From: a virus
Taxonomy: Duplodnaviria; Caudoviricetes
Reading direction: 5' to 3' (one strand)
Length of the DNA stretch: 39,510 bases
Virus record (IMG/VR): IMGVR_UViG_3300038675_000151
Span: 1 to 39,510 of that record
Shown: positions 27,146 through 35,456 of the stretch, in pieces
How the letters are laid out: every line of letters starts with the position of its first letter
How positions within the stretch are numbered: the first letter of the stretch is position 1
Position numbers and translations under genes: made by a program
Notes under the pieces: generated by a model
The model's input: the letters and a program-made list of their open reading frames with translations, nothing else
The model's database searches: none
What the model was told of the DNA's origin: nothing

Positions 27146-27355
27146 TTACAACACTACACGCTCTTTTAAAATGCTACCAACGACACGCCAGAAATAGCGG
27201 TAGTCGTCAGCGTGGATGCGGTTTCTGCCGCTCTCGTAGTTCTTGATCCGCTCGGCAGTCCAGCCCTGGCCCAGGACCAGGGCCATCTGCCGACGGTTGA
27301 GGCCGAGCATGATTCGCATCGTTTTCAGGCGGTTAGGAATGGTTGTTGTTTTCAT
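27146..27355 (-). CDS. Cro-like XRE HTH regulator
   Basis: RLKTMR...GLNRRQMA..LG....RIKNYESGRNRI; divergent from the cI-like gene. Confidence 0.8.
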   Translation of the reverse strand: MKTTTIPNRLKTMRIMLGLNRRQMALVLGQGWTAERIKNYESGRNRIHADDYRYFWRVVGSILKERVVL

Positions 27356-27362
27356 GCGGATG

Positions 27363-27415
27363 AGGCTACATCATACCCTGGTATGATGTCAAGCGTCAAT
27401 TTAACACCGGAGTAT
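27363..27415 (-). promoter_or_regulatory. PR-like promoter with operators
   Basis: TTGACA (27392-27387), N18, TAGCCT (27368-27363); perfect palindrome ACATCATACC-CT-GGTATGATGT at 27368-27389; second site ACACCGGAGTAT at 27404-27415. Confidence 0.7.
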
Positions 27416-27441
27416 ATCCGGAGACGGGAAGGTGGAACGGT

Positions 27442-27828
27442 ATGGGAGTGATCGACGAGGGTAGATGGTAGACAAATTTGACGGGCCGCATACGCGAGTT
27501 ATGCGGCGACAATCCTGCGGCGTTCGCACGGAAAGCCGGGATCGGAGATCCCCTGATGCGGAAGTACCTGAAGGGATCCATCCCGAGGGCCGACAATGTC
27601 GTCCGCATGGCGTCGGCTGGCCGGAAATCCTGCGATTGGCTCCTTACGGGCCAGGAGTGCAGGAGTGTGGTTGAGGCCAGGGATTACGGTACGCCTGGGG
27701 CGAGATGGGCACACGACTCCATTGACATGATCATTGAGTCTAAAGACGAGATCCTCCTCCAGGCTCTCAATGCATCGCTGATCGGACTACTGTCACAGAC
27801 CCGGAAGCCGCCGCTTGTTAAGGGTTAG
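27442..27828 (+). CDS. CI-like repressor (HTH, no peptidase domain); in-frame TAG at 27469-27471, or true start TTG 27478
   Basis: RIRELCG...AAFARKAGI....MRKYL.GSIP.ADN...MA.A...S.DWLLTG; divergent from cro. Confidence 0.7.
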
Positions 27829-27833
27829 AAGCA

Positions 27834-27866
27834 ATGGACGGCCAATGAGGCCGTCCATGTTTTTTT
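27834..27866 (+). terminator. Rho-independent terminator after the repressor gene
   Basis: ATGGACGGCC-AATGA-GGCCGTCCAT followed by GTTTTTTT. Confidence 0.85.
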
Positions 27867-27876
27867 GTCAAGAATC

Positions 27877-27937
27877 TTACCGGAGTAAATACTCTGGTAT
27901 TTTTTTGCTTGACAATGACACTTTGGTAGTGTAGAAA
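27877..27937 (+). promoter_or_regulatory. PL-like early promoter with three operators
   Basis: TTACCGGAGTAA (27877), ATACTCTGGTAT (27889) and ACACTTTGGTAG (27918) share yAC-N4-GTA; TTGACA (27909), N17, TAGAAA. Confidence 0.7.
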
Positions 27938-28143
27938 CGACACCACAGTAGGACGCTGGCCGGGATGGACCCCGGACAATCAAAAGTAATAATCCCGCTG
28001 GTCCTCGGCGGCGGATGACAAGAGTCCGAGGGATGGATCGAAAAGGAGGACAGGCAGAGTTACCCTACATGACGCAGGCCCCGGAGGGGGTGGAGAAACT
28101 CCGGGGCCATCCAAACCAAAAACAATTCAAGGAGGTAGAGAAT

Positions 28144-28917
28144 ATGTCCAATCTGATACTTCATTGCGGCGGAAGGCCGGTCAACCGGCAGGAATTGGCC
28201 CTTGTGCCGGTGCCCGAGAAGACCCTCACCTACACCCCTGTGGCCCACCTGGACCTCATCCAGGCCATCGAAGAGACGGCACGGCAGTATCTCCCCTCGA
28301 ACTACTACATGGACTCCGAGCAGTTGGGCGTAGCTCGTGATGGGCGGCAGATGTTTGGTGTCATGCGGTGGCGGAACGGGTCCGACGAGATGGGCCTCGC
28401 CGTCGGCTTCCGCAATTCCTACGATCAATCGATGTCTGTCGGGTTGGTGACCGGCGGTTCCGTCTTCGTCTGCGACAACCTCGCCCTCAATGGGAGCATC
28501 CGGCTCCTGCGGAAGCATACCCTCAATGTCTGGCGGGATCTCCTGACCATGCTGAAAGGTGCCATCATCCACGCCGACGCCGACTACGGGCGGATGATCG
28601 AGTTCGCAGACACAACGAAGCAGATTGCCGTGGACGACGATCAGGCATACCGGCTTCTTGGGCTCCTCGCTGGCCGTGAGATCCTCGGTGCCCGTCAGTT
28701 TCAGAGGGCCATCTCCCTCTGGAGGGATCCCGATCACGAGGAGTTCCGGCCCCGCACCCTCTGGAGTCTCTACAACAACGCGACAGAGGCTCTCAAGTCC
28801 AGCCGCCCCCTCGACGTAATGGAGCGGCACGTTGGGTTGCACGGAGTCATCGATGCCGAGTTCTCCGTCACCAAGAAGGTCGCCGCCTTCATCCCGGCGA
28901 ATTTCCAGATTGCTTGA
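28144..28917 (+). CDS. DUF932-like phage/plasmid early protein
   Basis: LILHCG...L..VPVP..T.TY.PV.H...GFRNSYD.SMS.G...G..VFVCDNL...RKHT...RTLWSLYN..TE.LK; start MSN at 28144 (RBS AAGGAGG). Confidence 0.8.
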   Translation: MSNLILHCGGRPVNRQELALVPVPEKTLTYTPVAHLDLIQAIEETARQYLPSNYYMDSEQLGVARDGRQMFGVMRWRNGSDEMGLAVGFRNSYDQSMSVGLVTGGSVFVCDNLALNGSIRLLRKHTLNVWRDLLTMLKGAIIHADADYGRMIEFADTTKQIAVDDDQAYRLLGLLAGREILGARQFQRAISLWRDPDHEEFRPRTLWSLYNNATEALKSSRPLDVMERHVGLHGVIDAEFSVTKKVAAFIPANFQIA

Positions 28918-28982
28918 ATCTCAACCGGGGGGGCCCTCAGAGGCTCCCTCCACAATGAATGCCACAGGAAGGAGATCGAAAA

Positions 28983-29333
28983 ATGAAGATTCGGATCTGC
29001 ATGGGGTGTCTGAAAGTCGTGGACCCGGACGACATCGTCAGGCGTTGCGGATACAAGCCGCTGTCGCCGTGTTGCGGCGAGGTCGTTGTCTCTGGCCGCG
29101 AGGCCGGGATCGAGGCGGTGCGGCGTCTTCACCTTGTGCGGACGACGGTTCCAGGGTCGGCGGCCCGACTTTGGTATGAGTTGCCGGTCATCCAGGCCGT
29201 GCGAGAGCGGATGGACCGGGTGCGGGAACGCGAGAGGGCCGAGCGACAGGCGGCGATGGTTGCCCCGGTGGACTTTGGCCGGTGGCTCTTTGAGTTGGGG
29301 GCCGATATGGCCCGGATGAGGAGGGTTGCATGA
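28983..29333 (+). CDS. hypothetical protein (Cys-containing N-terminus)
   Basis: RBS AAGGAG; CMGC...SPCC; coupled to the next gene. Confidence 0.55.
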   Translation: MKIRICMGCLKVVDPDDIVRRCGYKPLSPCCGEVVVSGREAGIEAVRRLHLVRTTVPGSAARLWYELPVIQAVRERMDRVRERERAERQAAMVAPVDFGRWLFELGADMARMRRVA

Positions 29334-29569
29334 AGATCACCTGTATTCGTTGCGGCACGGCGGTATCCACGGAAGTTCCAGACACGACCCTCCTCCGGGG
29401 GATCGCGGAGTGCCCGGAGTGCTTGGTGCAGGATGCCCAGGATGATGCGGATCGCGAGTCGGTACGCAGGAGAGAGGATGTCCTGTGTGCCCTCTTCGCG
29501 GGGTTTGTGATCGGGGGGATCGTGTTCCAGGTCATGGTCCCGATGATCGCCAGGATCGTTGGGGGGTGA
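29330..29569 (+). CDS. small Zn-ribbon plus TM protein
   Basis: CIRC...CPEC and a C-terminal hydrophobic helix. Confidence 0.6.
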   Translation: MKITCIRCGTAVSTEVPDTTLLRGIAECPECLVQDAQDDADRESVRRREDVLCALFAGFVIGGIVFQVMVPMIARIVGG

Positions 29570-29572
29570 GGC

Positions 29573-29950
29573 ATGGCCGACGGAATCACAGTCACCGGTC
29601 CCGACTACTGCTTCGTCTGCGGTGCCAAATTCGGCAAGGGAGTCAGGCCGATATGCATATCGGGCCGGTGCAAGCGGTACCCGCAGGGGCTGTACCGGCA
29701 CACCCGGTGCGGCCCACAGAGCAACCCTTGGAATGATCGGTTCCGGGGGGGAGTCCTCGGACTCTTCCAGAGGAAGAACGGGGCGTGGACGGTAACAGAC
29801 AGCGACACAAGCAGGAGGAATCAGGATGGCAACACAAGTGGCAAAGCGGAGCGAGTGGCTGGAGGAGCGGAGGACGGGGATCGGCGGATCGGACAGCCCG
29901 ATCATCCTCGGGGTCAGTACGTTCAAATCCCGCTCCCAGTTGTGGGCTGA
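29573..29950 (+). CDS. hypothetical Cys/His protein (3' end overlaps the exonuclease gene)
   Basis: RBS GAGG; CFVC...YRH.RC. Confidence 0.45.
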   Translation: MADGITVTGPDYCFVCGAKFGKGVRPICISGRCKRYPQGLYRHTRCGPQSNPWNDRFRGGVLGLFQRKNGAWTVTDSDTSRRNQDGNTSGKAERVAGGAEDGDRRIGQPDHPRGQYVQIPLPVVG

Positions 29951-30791
29951 AAAGCGGGGCCTTGTACCCGAGGAGCCAGAGACGGCCCTCCAGGCAAAGG
30001 GCCACGCCCTCGAAGATCTGGCCGTCCAGATGTACGTCGAGAAGACCGGCCACAAGGTGCGGAAGGCGAAGCAGAACCTCCGACACCCCGAGTACGAGTG
30101 GATGCTGGCGAACCTGGACCGGGTGGTCGTCAAGGCCCCGGACCTGGAATGGGCCGACGGTCCCGGCGTACTGGAGATCAAGTGCCCGACGGCGGGGAAG
30201 TACCGCAAGGTCCAGCGGGTCGGCCTCACGCCCGACTACATCATCCAGGCCATGCACTACATGGCCGTCACCGGCTACAGGTGGGCCATCGTCGTCGTTT
30301 TCAATGCGGACCTCTGGGAGATCTCCTGGTTCCCGGTGCAGAGGGACGAGGCCCTGATCAACCTGATCATCCGTCGTGGCCTGGAGTTCTGGCAGGCCGT
30401 TCAGTCCGGCGAGTGTCCCGAGGACCGCATCGAGGCCGAGGATCTCCCCCAGTTGGAAGACGGTGAGATCCTCAACCTGGACGAGTCGCAGGATTGGTCG
30501 GACGCCGTCCGCCGGTACAGGGAGGCCCAGGAGGCCCTCTCCGAGGCACAGTACGACCTGGACGAGGCGAAGGATGCCCTCCTGATGATGGTCGGGGAAA
30601 AGAAAGCGGTATTTGGCTCGGGGCTCCGTGTCTACCGCATCCCGACGGCGGGGCGGAAGACCTTTGATCGCAAGAGGTTCATCCTGGCGAACCCGGACAT
30701 CAACATCGATCACTTTTACAAGCAGGGCAAGCCCGGAATCACCGTCAGAATCTACGACACCCTCAACAAGAACGAAGGAGGACAGGCATGA
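29826..30791 (+). CDS. YqaJ-like viral recombination exonuclease
   Basis: EWLEERRTGIGGSD...LW.EK.G...GH.LE...HPEYEWMLANLD...LEIKC...Y..Q..HYMAVTG. Confidence 0.92.
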   Translation: MATQVAKRSEWLEERRTGIGGSDSPIILGVSTFKSRSQLWAEKRGLVPEEPETALQAKGHALEDLAVQMYVEKTGHKVRKAKQNLRHPEYEWMLANLDRVVVKAPDLEWADGPGVLEIKCPTAGKYRKVQRVGLTPDYIIQAMHYMAVTGYRWAIVVVFNADLWEISWFPVQRDEALINLIIRRGLEFWQAVQSGECPEDRIEAEDLPQLEDGEILNLDESQDWSDAVRRYREAQEALSEAQYDLDEAKDALLMMVGEKKAVFGSGLRVYRIPTAGRKTFDRKRFILANPDINIDHFYKQGKPGITVRIYDTLNKNEGGQA

Positions 30792-31615
30792 CGACGAAAA
30801 ATGCACCCGCAAACAACACAGGGACCAACACCCCTGCACCCATGACGAAGGTCGAAGAGGTGCGGCACCTCCTCGACAAGATGGGACCGGCCCTTGCGAA
30901 GGGTCTCCCGAAGCACCTCGACGCCCAGAGGTTCGCTCGGATCGCCCTGACCTCGGTTCAGCGGAACCCGATCCTGCTCGAATGCACGACGAAGTCCCTG
31001 CTTGGATCGATCCTTGAGGCCGGTCAGTTGGGCCTGGAACTGGACGGTGTCCTGGGCCATGCCTACCTCGTGCCGTACCGCATCAAAGGGGTGCGGATCG
31101 CCCAGTTACAGGTCGGATACAAGGGAATTATCGCCCTGGCAATGAGGTCCGGGCTCGTCAGCACGATCACAGCAAACCTCGTCTACGAGGGCGACGAGTT
31201 CGAGTTCGCCTTCGGGACGGACGAGAGACTCCACCATATCCCGAAATGGATGAGGACCGAGGACGGCCAGCGGACCCCGATCACCCATGGCTACGCCTAC
31301 GCCAAGATGAGGGACGGCGGGGTTGCCTGGACGGTGATGACTGCCGAGGAGATCGAGGCGATCCGCCGGAAGTCGAAGGCGAAGGACGACGGTCCGTGGG
31401 TCGAGTACTACGAGGAAATGGCGAAGAAGACCGTCATCCGCCGACTCGGGAAACTGCTGTACCTCTCCCCCGAATTCCAGCGTGGCGTGGCCCTGGACGA
31501 GTTGGGCGATGCTGGCGTCCTGCCTTCCGAGGACATTGTCGATATCACCGACGCGGCCCAGGAACGGATCGAGGAAATCAAACAGACGCAAGGGGCCGAG
31601 GAGGCCCAGGCATAG
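30788..31615 (+). CDS. recT: RecT single-strand annealing protein
   Basis: LPKHL..QRF.RIALT....NP.L..C...SLLGSIL.A.QLGLE....LG.AYLVPY...Q.GYKG...GPW...YEEMAKKTVIRRL.K. Confidence 0.95.
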   Translation: MTTKNAPANNTGTNTPAPMTKVEEVRHLLDKMGPALAKGLPKHLDAQRFARIALTSVQRNPILLECTTKSLLGSILEAGQLGLELDGVLGHAYLVPYRIKGVRIAQLQVGYKGIIALAMRSGLVSTITANLVYEGDEFEFAFGTDERLHHIPKWMRTEDGQRTPITHGYAYAKMRDGGVAWTVMTAEEIEAIRRKSKAKDDGPWVEYYEEMAKKTVIRRLGKLLYLSPEFQRGVALDELGDAGVLPSEDIVDITDAAQERIEEIKQTQGAEEAQA

Positions 31616-31640
31616 ATCTCTCTACTCTCCTCCGAACGCC

Positions 31641-31671
31641 CGCCGAAGCGTGCCTAAAAGGGAATTCGGCG
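31641..31671 (+). repeat. stem-loop with 16-nt core CGTGCCTAAAAGGGAA, copy 1
   Basis: Core at 31649-31664 is identical to 35465-35480; closed by stem CGCCGAA/TTCGGCG. Confidence 0.7.
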
Positions 31672-31686
31672 CTGAAAGGAGGAGCG

Positions 31687-31764
31687 ATGCCAGAGCCCAA
31701 AATCACAGACGTGTTCCCCACGGGCGTGGGGATGAACCGGAGAAAGGGGTCGCGCAATGATTAA
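31687..31764 (+). CDS. possible 25-aa leader ORF spanning the CRISPR repeat
   Basis: Strong RBS AAAGGAGGAG; MPEPKITDVFPTGVGMNRRKGSRND; its stop overlaps the start of 31757. Confidence 0.35.
   Translation: MPEPKITDVFPTGVGMNRRKGSRND
31711..31739 (+). CRISPR. solitary type I-E CRISPR repeat (no array, no cas genes)
   Basis: GTGTTCCCCACGGGCGTGGGGATGAACCG: 29 nt, CCCCAC/GTGGGG stem, ATGAACCG 3' handle; same layout as E. coli I-E GTGTTCCCCGCGCCAGCGGGGATAAACCG. Confidence 0.85.
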
Positions 31765-32146
31765 GAAGCCAGCATTCCGTTACTATTGCGAATTTTGCGG
31801 GAAGTCGGGCGGGTCTGCATCGCATATGTCCCGCCACGAGAAATACTGTACCGCAAACCCGAACCGTCGGTGCGGAATGTGTGACCGGGCGGGGCAGAAT
31901 CCGCCCCACGTCGCGGATATGGTCGCCGCCCTTGGGGATGGAGACGAGGCGGGCCTTACCCGCGTTCAGGAAATGTGTAAATACTGCCCCGCCTGCACCC
32001 TGGCGGCAATCCGTCAGTCAAAACTACAGACCGGCCCCGATGAAGAAAGCATGGGATTCCGCGTCGAATTCGACTTTGCGAAGGCAAAGGGGGACTTTTG
32101 GGAAACAATCAATGACCGCGCATACAATCGCCGGCATTGGGATTGA
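31757..32146 (+). CDS. zinc-finger protein
   Basis: YCEFCGK......HMSRHEKYC..NP...CGMC...CPAC. Confidence 0.7.
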   Translation: MIKKPAFRYYCEFCGKSGGSASHMSRHEKYCTANPNRRCGMCDRAGQNPPHVADMVAALGDGDEAGLTRVQEMCKYCPACTLAAIRQSKLQTGPDEESMGFRVEFDFAKAKGDFWETINDRAYNRRHWD

Positions 32147-32237
32147 AGCGAGGCGCGACCCTGAAACAGCGGGGAGAGGCAGCATAACCCAAGGCCCCGG
32201 GGCTCCTTTCCCTGGGGCCGCATGAATCGAGGACGAA

Positions 32238-33656
32238 ATGGAATACGAGGAGTTTTTGAACCAAAAAGCGCACCTTGCCGACGGGAACGGTTTTGATCCT
32301 GTGTGGATGCCTGATTTCCTGTTCGACTTTCAGCGGGATACCGTGGAGTGGGCCATCCGGAAGGGCCGGGACGCGATCTTTGTTGATTGCGGCATGGGAA
32401 AGACCCCGATGCAGTTGGTTTGGGCCGAAAACGTGGTCCGCAAGACAAACGGAAACGTCCTGATCCTGACTCCATTGGCCGTCGGGCCACAAACCGTCAG
32501 AGAGGGCGAGAAGTTCGGGATAGGTGTTGAAAGGTCCATGGACGGAACCGTTCACGGAAAGATCACGGTCACAAATTACGAACGCTTGGACAAGTTCACC
32601 GCCGACGATTTTGTGGGCGTGGTCTGTGACGAGTCCTCCATCCTGAAAAACTACTCCGGGGCATACCGGGGGATGATTACGGAGTTTATGAGGAAGCGCC
32701 CATATCGCCTACTTTGCACGGCGACGGCGGCACCGAACGACTACACGGAACTTGGCACGTCCTCCGAGGCGTTGGGCGTTATGGGCTTTATGGACATGCT
32801 CAATTACTTTTTCAAGAACGACCAGAACACCACGGACACAAAGCGCCATTACGCCGCGCACGGCTGCGGAGCCCCCAAGTGGCGATTTAAGAAGCACGCC
32901 GAAGAACCGTTTTGGAAGTGGGTCTGCTCGTGGGCGAGGGCGGCGCGGAGGCCCTCCGATCTTGGCTACCCGGACGGAGATTTCCTTTTGCCGGACCTGA
33001 TCGAAAACGAGACCATCGTCCCGTGTTCGCGCCCCCTGAACGGTAAGTTGTTTGTTGAACCAGCATACAGGCTACAGGAGCAGCGCCAGGAGCGCCGGGC
33101 CACCCTGCGCGATAGGTGCGAGGCTGTCGCGGGGAAGGTGGCGGAGAGCCCCTGCGCTGTCGTTTGGTGCCACCTGAACGACGAGGGGCGTCTGTTGGCG
33201 AAAATCATCCCCGGTGCCGAGGAAGTTCACGGCGGGATGCCCGATGAAAAGAAGGAGGACATTTTAACCGCCTTTTCCCGCGGGGAAATCCGGGTGCTCG
33301 TCACAAAGCCGAAGATCGGCGGCTTTGGCCTGAATTGGCAGCATTGTTCCCATATGACGACCTTCCCGTCACACAGTTACGAACAGTATTACCAATCCGT
33401 TCGGAGGTCGTGGCGCTACGGGCAGAAGAACCCCGTGACCGTGGACATTATCACGACGGAAGGCGAAATAGGGGTGCTCAAGAACCTGCAACGAAAGGCG
33501 GCGGCGGCGGATCAAATGTTTTCCCGCCTCGTGGAACACATGAACGGAGCCCGGCGCATCGACAGAAGCCAAAACGAAACCAGAATGGAGATACCGGCAT
33601 GGTTATTGACCAGAACATCACCGACAAGTGGGCAATCTACAACGGCGACTGCATAG
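32238..33656 (+). CDS. SNF2-like superfamily 2 helicase
   Basis: LFDFQ; CGMGKT Walker A; CDESSILK Walker B; TATAAPND; GFGLNWQHC; YYQSVRRSWRYGQ. Confidence 0.9.
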   Translation: MEYEEFLNQKAHLADGNGFDPVWMPDFLFDFQRDTVEWAIRKGRDAIFVDCGMGKTPMQLVWAENVVRKTNGNVLILTPLAVGPQTVREGEKFGIGVERSMDGTVHGKITVTNYERLDKFTADDFVGVVCDESSILKNYSGAYRGMITEFMRKRPYRLLCTATAAPNDYTELGTSSEALGVMGFMDMLNYFFKNDQNTTDTKRHYAAHGCGAPKWRFKKHAEEPFWKWVCSWARAARRPSDLGYPDGDFLLPDLIENETIVPCSRPLNGKLFVEPAYRLQEQRQERRATLRDRCEAVAGKVAESPCAVVWCHLNDEGRLLAKIIPGAEEVHGGMPDEKKEDILTAFSRGEIRVLVTKPKIGGFGLNWQHCSHMTTFPSHSYEQYYQSVRRSWRYGQKNPVTVDIITTEGEIGVLKNLQRKAAAADQMFSRLVEHMNGARRIDRSQNETRMEIPAWLLTRTSPTSGQSTTATA

Positions 33657-34549
33657 GGGTCATGGCCGGACTGCCCGACCAGAGCGTTCACCTATCCATC
33701 TATTCGCCTCCGTTCGGAGGGCTGTATCACTACAGTAGTTCCGAACGAGACCTTTCAAATTGCAAGGACTACGGGCAGTTTTTCAAGCATTATCGGTTCG
33801 TGGTCCAAGAAATCAAGCGGCTGACCATGCCGGGGCGGATCACCTGCGTTCATTGCATGGATGTGCCGAGCGGAAACAGCGGAGTTGATAACCTCGTGGA
33901 CTTCCCCGGCGACATTATCCGCCTCCACCGTCGCCTCGGATTCGATTACATTGCCCGGTATCACGTATGGAAAGAGCCTCTGGGCGTCCGTAATCGAACC
34001 ATGGCAAAGAACCTCGCGCACAAGACCATCGTGGAGGACTCCTCAAGGTGTTCTGTGGCAAGCGCCGATTATCTCCTGGTGTTCCGACGAAAGGGCACAA
34101 ATCCTATCCCCATTGCACACCCACACGGACTGACGGATTACGCCGGGGAGCGGATTATCCCCCATGAATTGCAGTCCTACCGTGGATGGGCCGGAAATCA
34201 GATTGAAAACCGTTATTCTCACTGGATATGGAGGCAATACGCCTCTGCGTTTTGGGATGATGTGAGAATTGACAGGGTATTGCCCTTCAAGGAATCCCGT
34301 GACGAGGACGACGAAAAGCATGTCCACCCATTGCAATTGGACGTGATCGACAGGTGCGTTGTCCTCTGGTCGAACCCCGGAGAAATCGTCTTGACGCCAT
34401 TCATGGGCGTTGGATCGGAGGTTTACGGTGCGGTGACGGCTGGGCGGCTCGGGATCGGAATCGAATTGAAGCCGAGCTACTACCGGCAAGCGATCAAGAA
34501 CCTGGAATCAATCGAAACACAACAGGAGCAGAGGGAACTTTTCGGATGA
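33599..34549 (+). CDS. N4-cytosine/N6-adenine DNA methyltransferase (beta class)
   Basis: SPPF motif IV precedes TPFMGVGSE motif I; KHVHPLQLDVI; GIELKPSYY; start MVIDQ at 33599. Confidence 0.9.
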   Translation: MVIDQNITDKWAIYNGDCIGVMAGLPDQSVHLSIYSPPFGGLYHYSSSERDLSNCKDYGQFFKHYRFVVQEIKRLTMPGRITCVHCMDVPSGNSGVDNLVDFPGDIIRLHRRLGFDYIARYHVWKEPLGVRNRTMAKNLAHKTIVEDSSRCSVASADYLLVFRRKGTNPIPIAHPHGLTDYAGERIIPHELQSYRGWAGNQIENRYSHWIWRQYASAFWDDVRIDRVLPFKESRDEDDEKHVHPLQLDVIDRCVVLWSNPGEIVLTPFMGVGSEVYGAVTAGRLGIGIELKPSYYRQAIKNLESIETQQEQRELFG

Positions 34550-34767
34550 CACAAACGCCCCCCTCCTGCCGCAGTTGCGCCCGGGCGTATCTCCGGGTTC
34601 CCGGCGGCAGGCACTACAATTTCGAGTGCTGCGGGATCGGGAATGTACCATGGATGAAACATTTACCCGACAACTGGAAGTGTGAACACTATGAGCCCGG
34701 CCCTTACCGCCCACGGGTGGAGGTCCAGACGGTGATCCTAAAGGAGGATTTATGCGAGCTACAATAG
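34546..34767 (+). CDS. small Cys-rich hypothetical protein
   Basis: ATGA overlap with the MTase stop; CRSC...CC...CEHYE. Confidence 0.55.
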   Translation: MTQTPPSCRSCARAYLRVPGGRHYNFECCGIGNVPWMKHLPDNWKCEHYEPGPYRPRVEVQTVILKEDLCELQ

Positions 34768-35201
34768 ATTTGAAGTGGTTAGAATCGAAGGGTGCGTGCC
34801 CAGAAGCCGTTGCGTGGTTCAAAACATACGACGGCCCGAAGGAGATCAAACCCCTTGCCGAGGAAATGATCCGGTTGGGCCATCTGGAATGGCTGAATTG
34901 GGGATTGGTCCGGCTGATGACGAAAAAACAGGCCATGGAGTATGCCATTTTCGCGGCAGAACAGGTGCTGAGCATCTACGAGGATAAGTATCCGGAGGAC
35001 GACCGGCCACGGAAGGCAATCGAAGCGGCGAAGGACTATCTTGCGGGGAGAGGAACCGCTGCCTATGCCGCCTATGCCGCCGCCTATGCCGCCTATGCCG
35101 CCGCCTATGCCGCCGCCTATGCCGCCGCCGATGCCGCCGCCGACAAAACCATGCTTGAGCGGATATGCAGACAGGGTATTGAGATTCTGAACAGACGGTG
35201 A
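34752..35201 (+). CDS. Imm5-like protein with an Ala/Tyr low-complexity repeat
   Basis: GAC.EA..WF; YAIFAAEQVL.IYE.KYP.DDRPRKAIEAAK followed by (AAY)n. Confidence 0.7.
   Translation: MRATIDLKWLESKGACPEAVAWFKTYDGPKEIKPLAEEMIRLGHLEWLNWGLVRLMTKKQAMEYAIFAAEQVLSIYEDKYPEDDRPRKAIEAAKDYLAGRGTAAYAAYAAAYAAYAAAYAAAYAAADAAADKTMLERICRQGIEILNRR
35061..35144 (+). repeat. GCC/TAT codon microsatellite
   Basis: Tandem GCCTATGCC / GCCTATGCCGCC units, all in frame. Confidence 0.9.
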
Positions 35202-35226
35202 TCTACGGAGAGGAGAGGAGGGAGCT

Positions 35227-35442
35227 ATGAAGGCAAAGCGTCTTACCGAGTGGGAGAAGGGCTTTACATGCGGCCTTGGTTATGCGGTTGCCTTATTGCG
35301 AAGGCTTGGTCATAGCGACGGAGCATCCGAACAATTGCTTGGCGAAAGCGGAATCCCGCTGAAAGATTTCAAGCGGGCAGGCGTGGAGCCCTACGACATG
35401 GTTATGATCCGGAAATCAGCGAAAGCGAGGGGCATAAAATGA
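35227..35442 (+). CDS. hypothetical protein
   Basis: Strong RBS GAGGAGGG; 71 aa. Confidence 0.6.
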   Translation: MKAKRLTEWEKGFTCGLGYAVALLRRLGHSDGASEQLLGESGIPLKDFKRAGVEPYDMVMIRKSAKARGIK

Positions 35443-35456
35443 CCGGAATCCCGCTC

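Noticed and set aside
27469-27471. Genome-wide TAG recoding
   Set aside because: Several well-defined genes end at TAG (tfa A, recT, the repressor itself) and genes are not fragmented under code 11.
28005-28045. Hammerhead ribozyme (GGATGA...GAGTCC...GGATCGAAA)
   Set aside because: The core CUGANGA is absent and the stems do not fit.
31711-31739. True CRISPR array
   Set aside because: Only one full repeat was found. The GTGTTCCCC near 36928 is coding sequence without the stem or handle.
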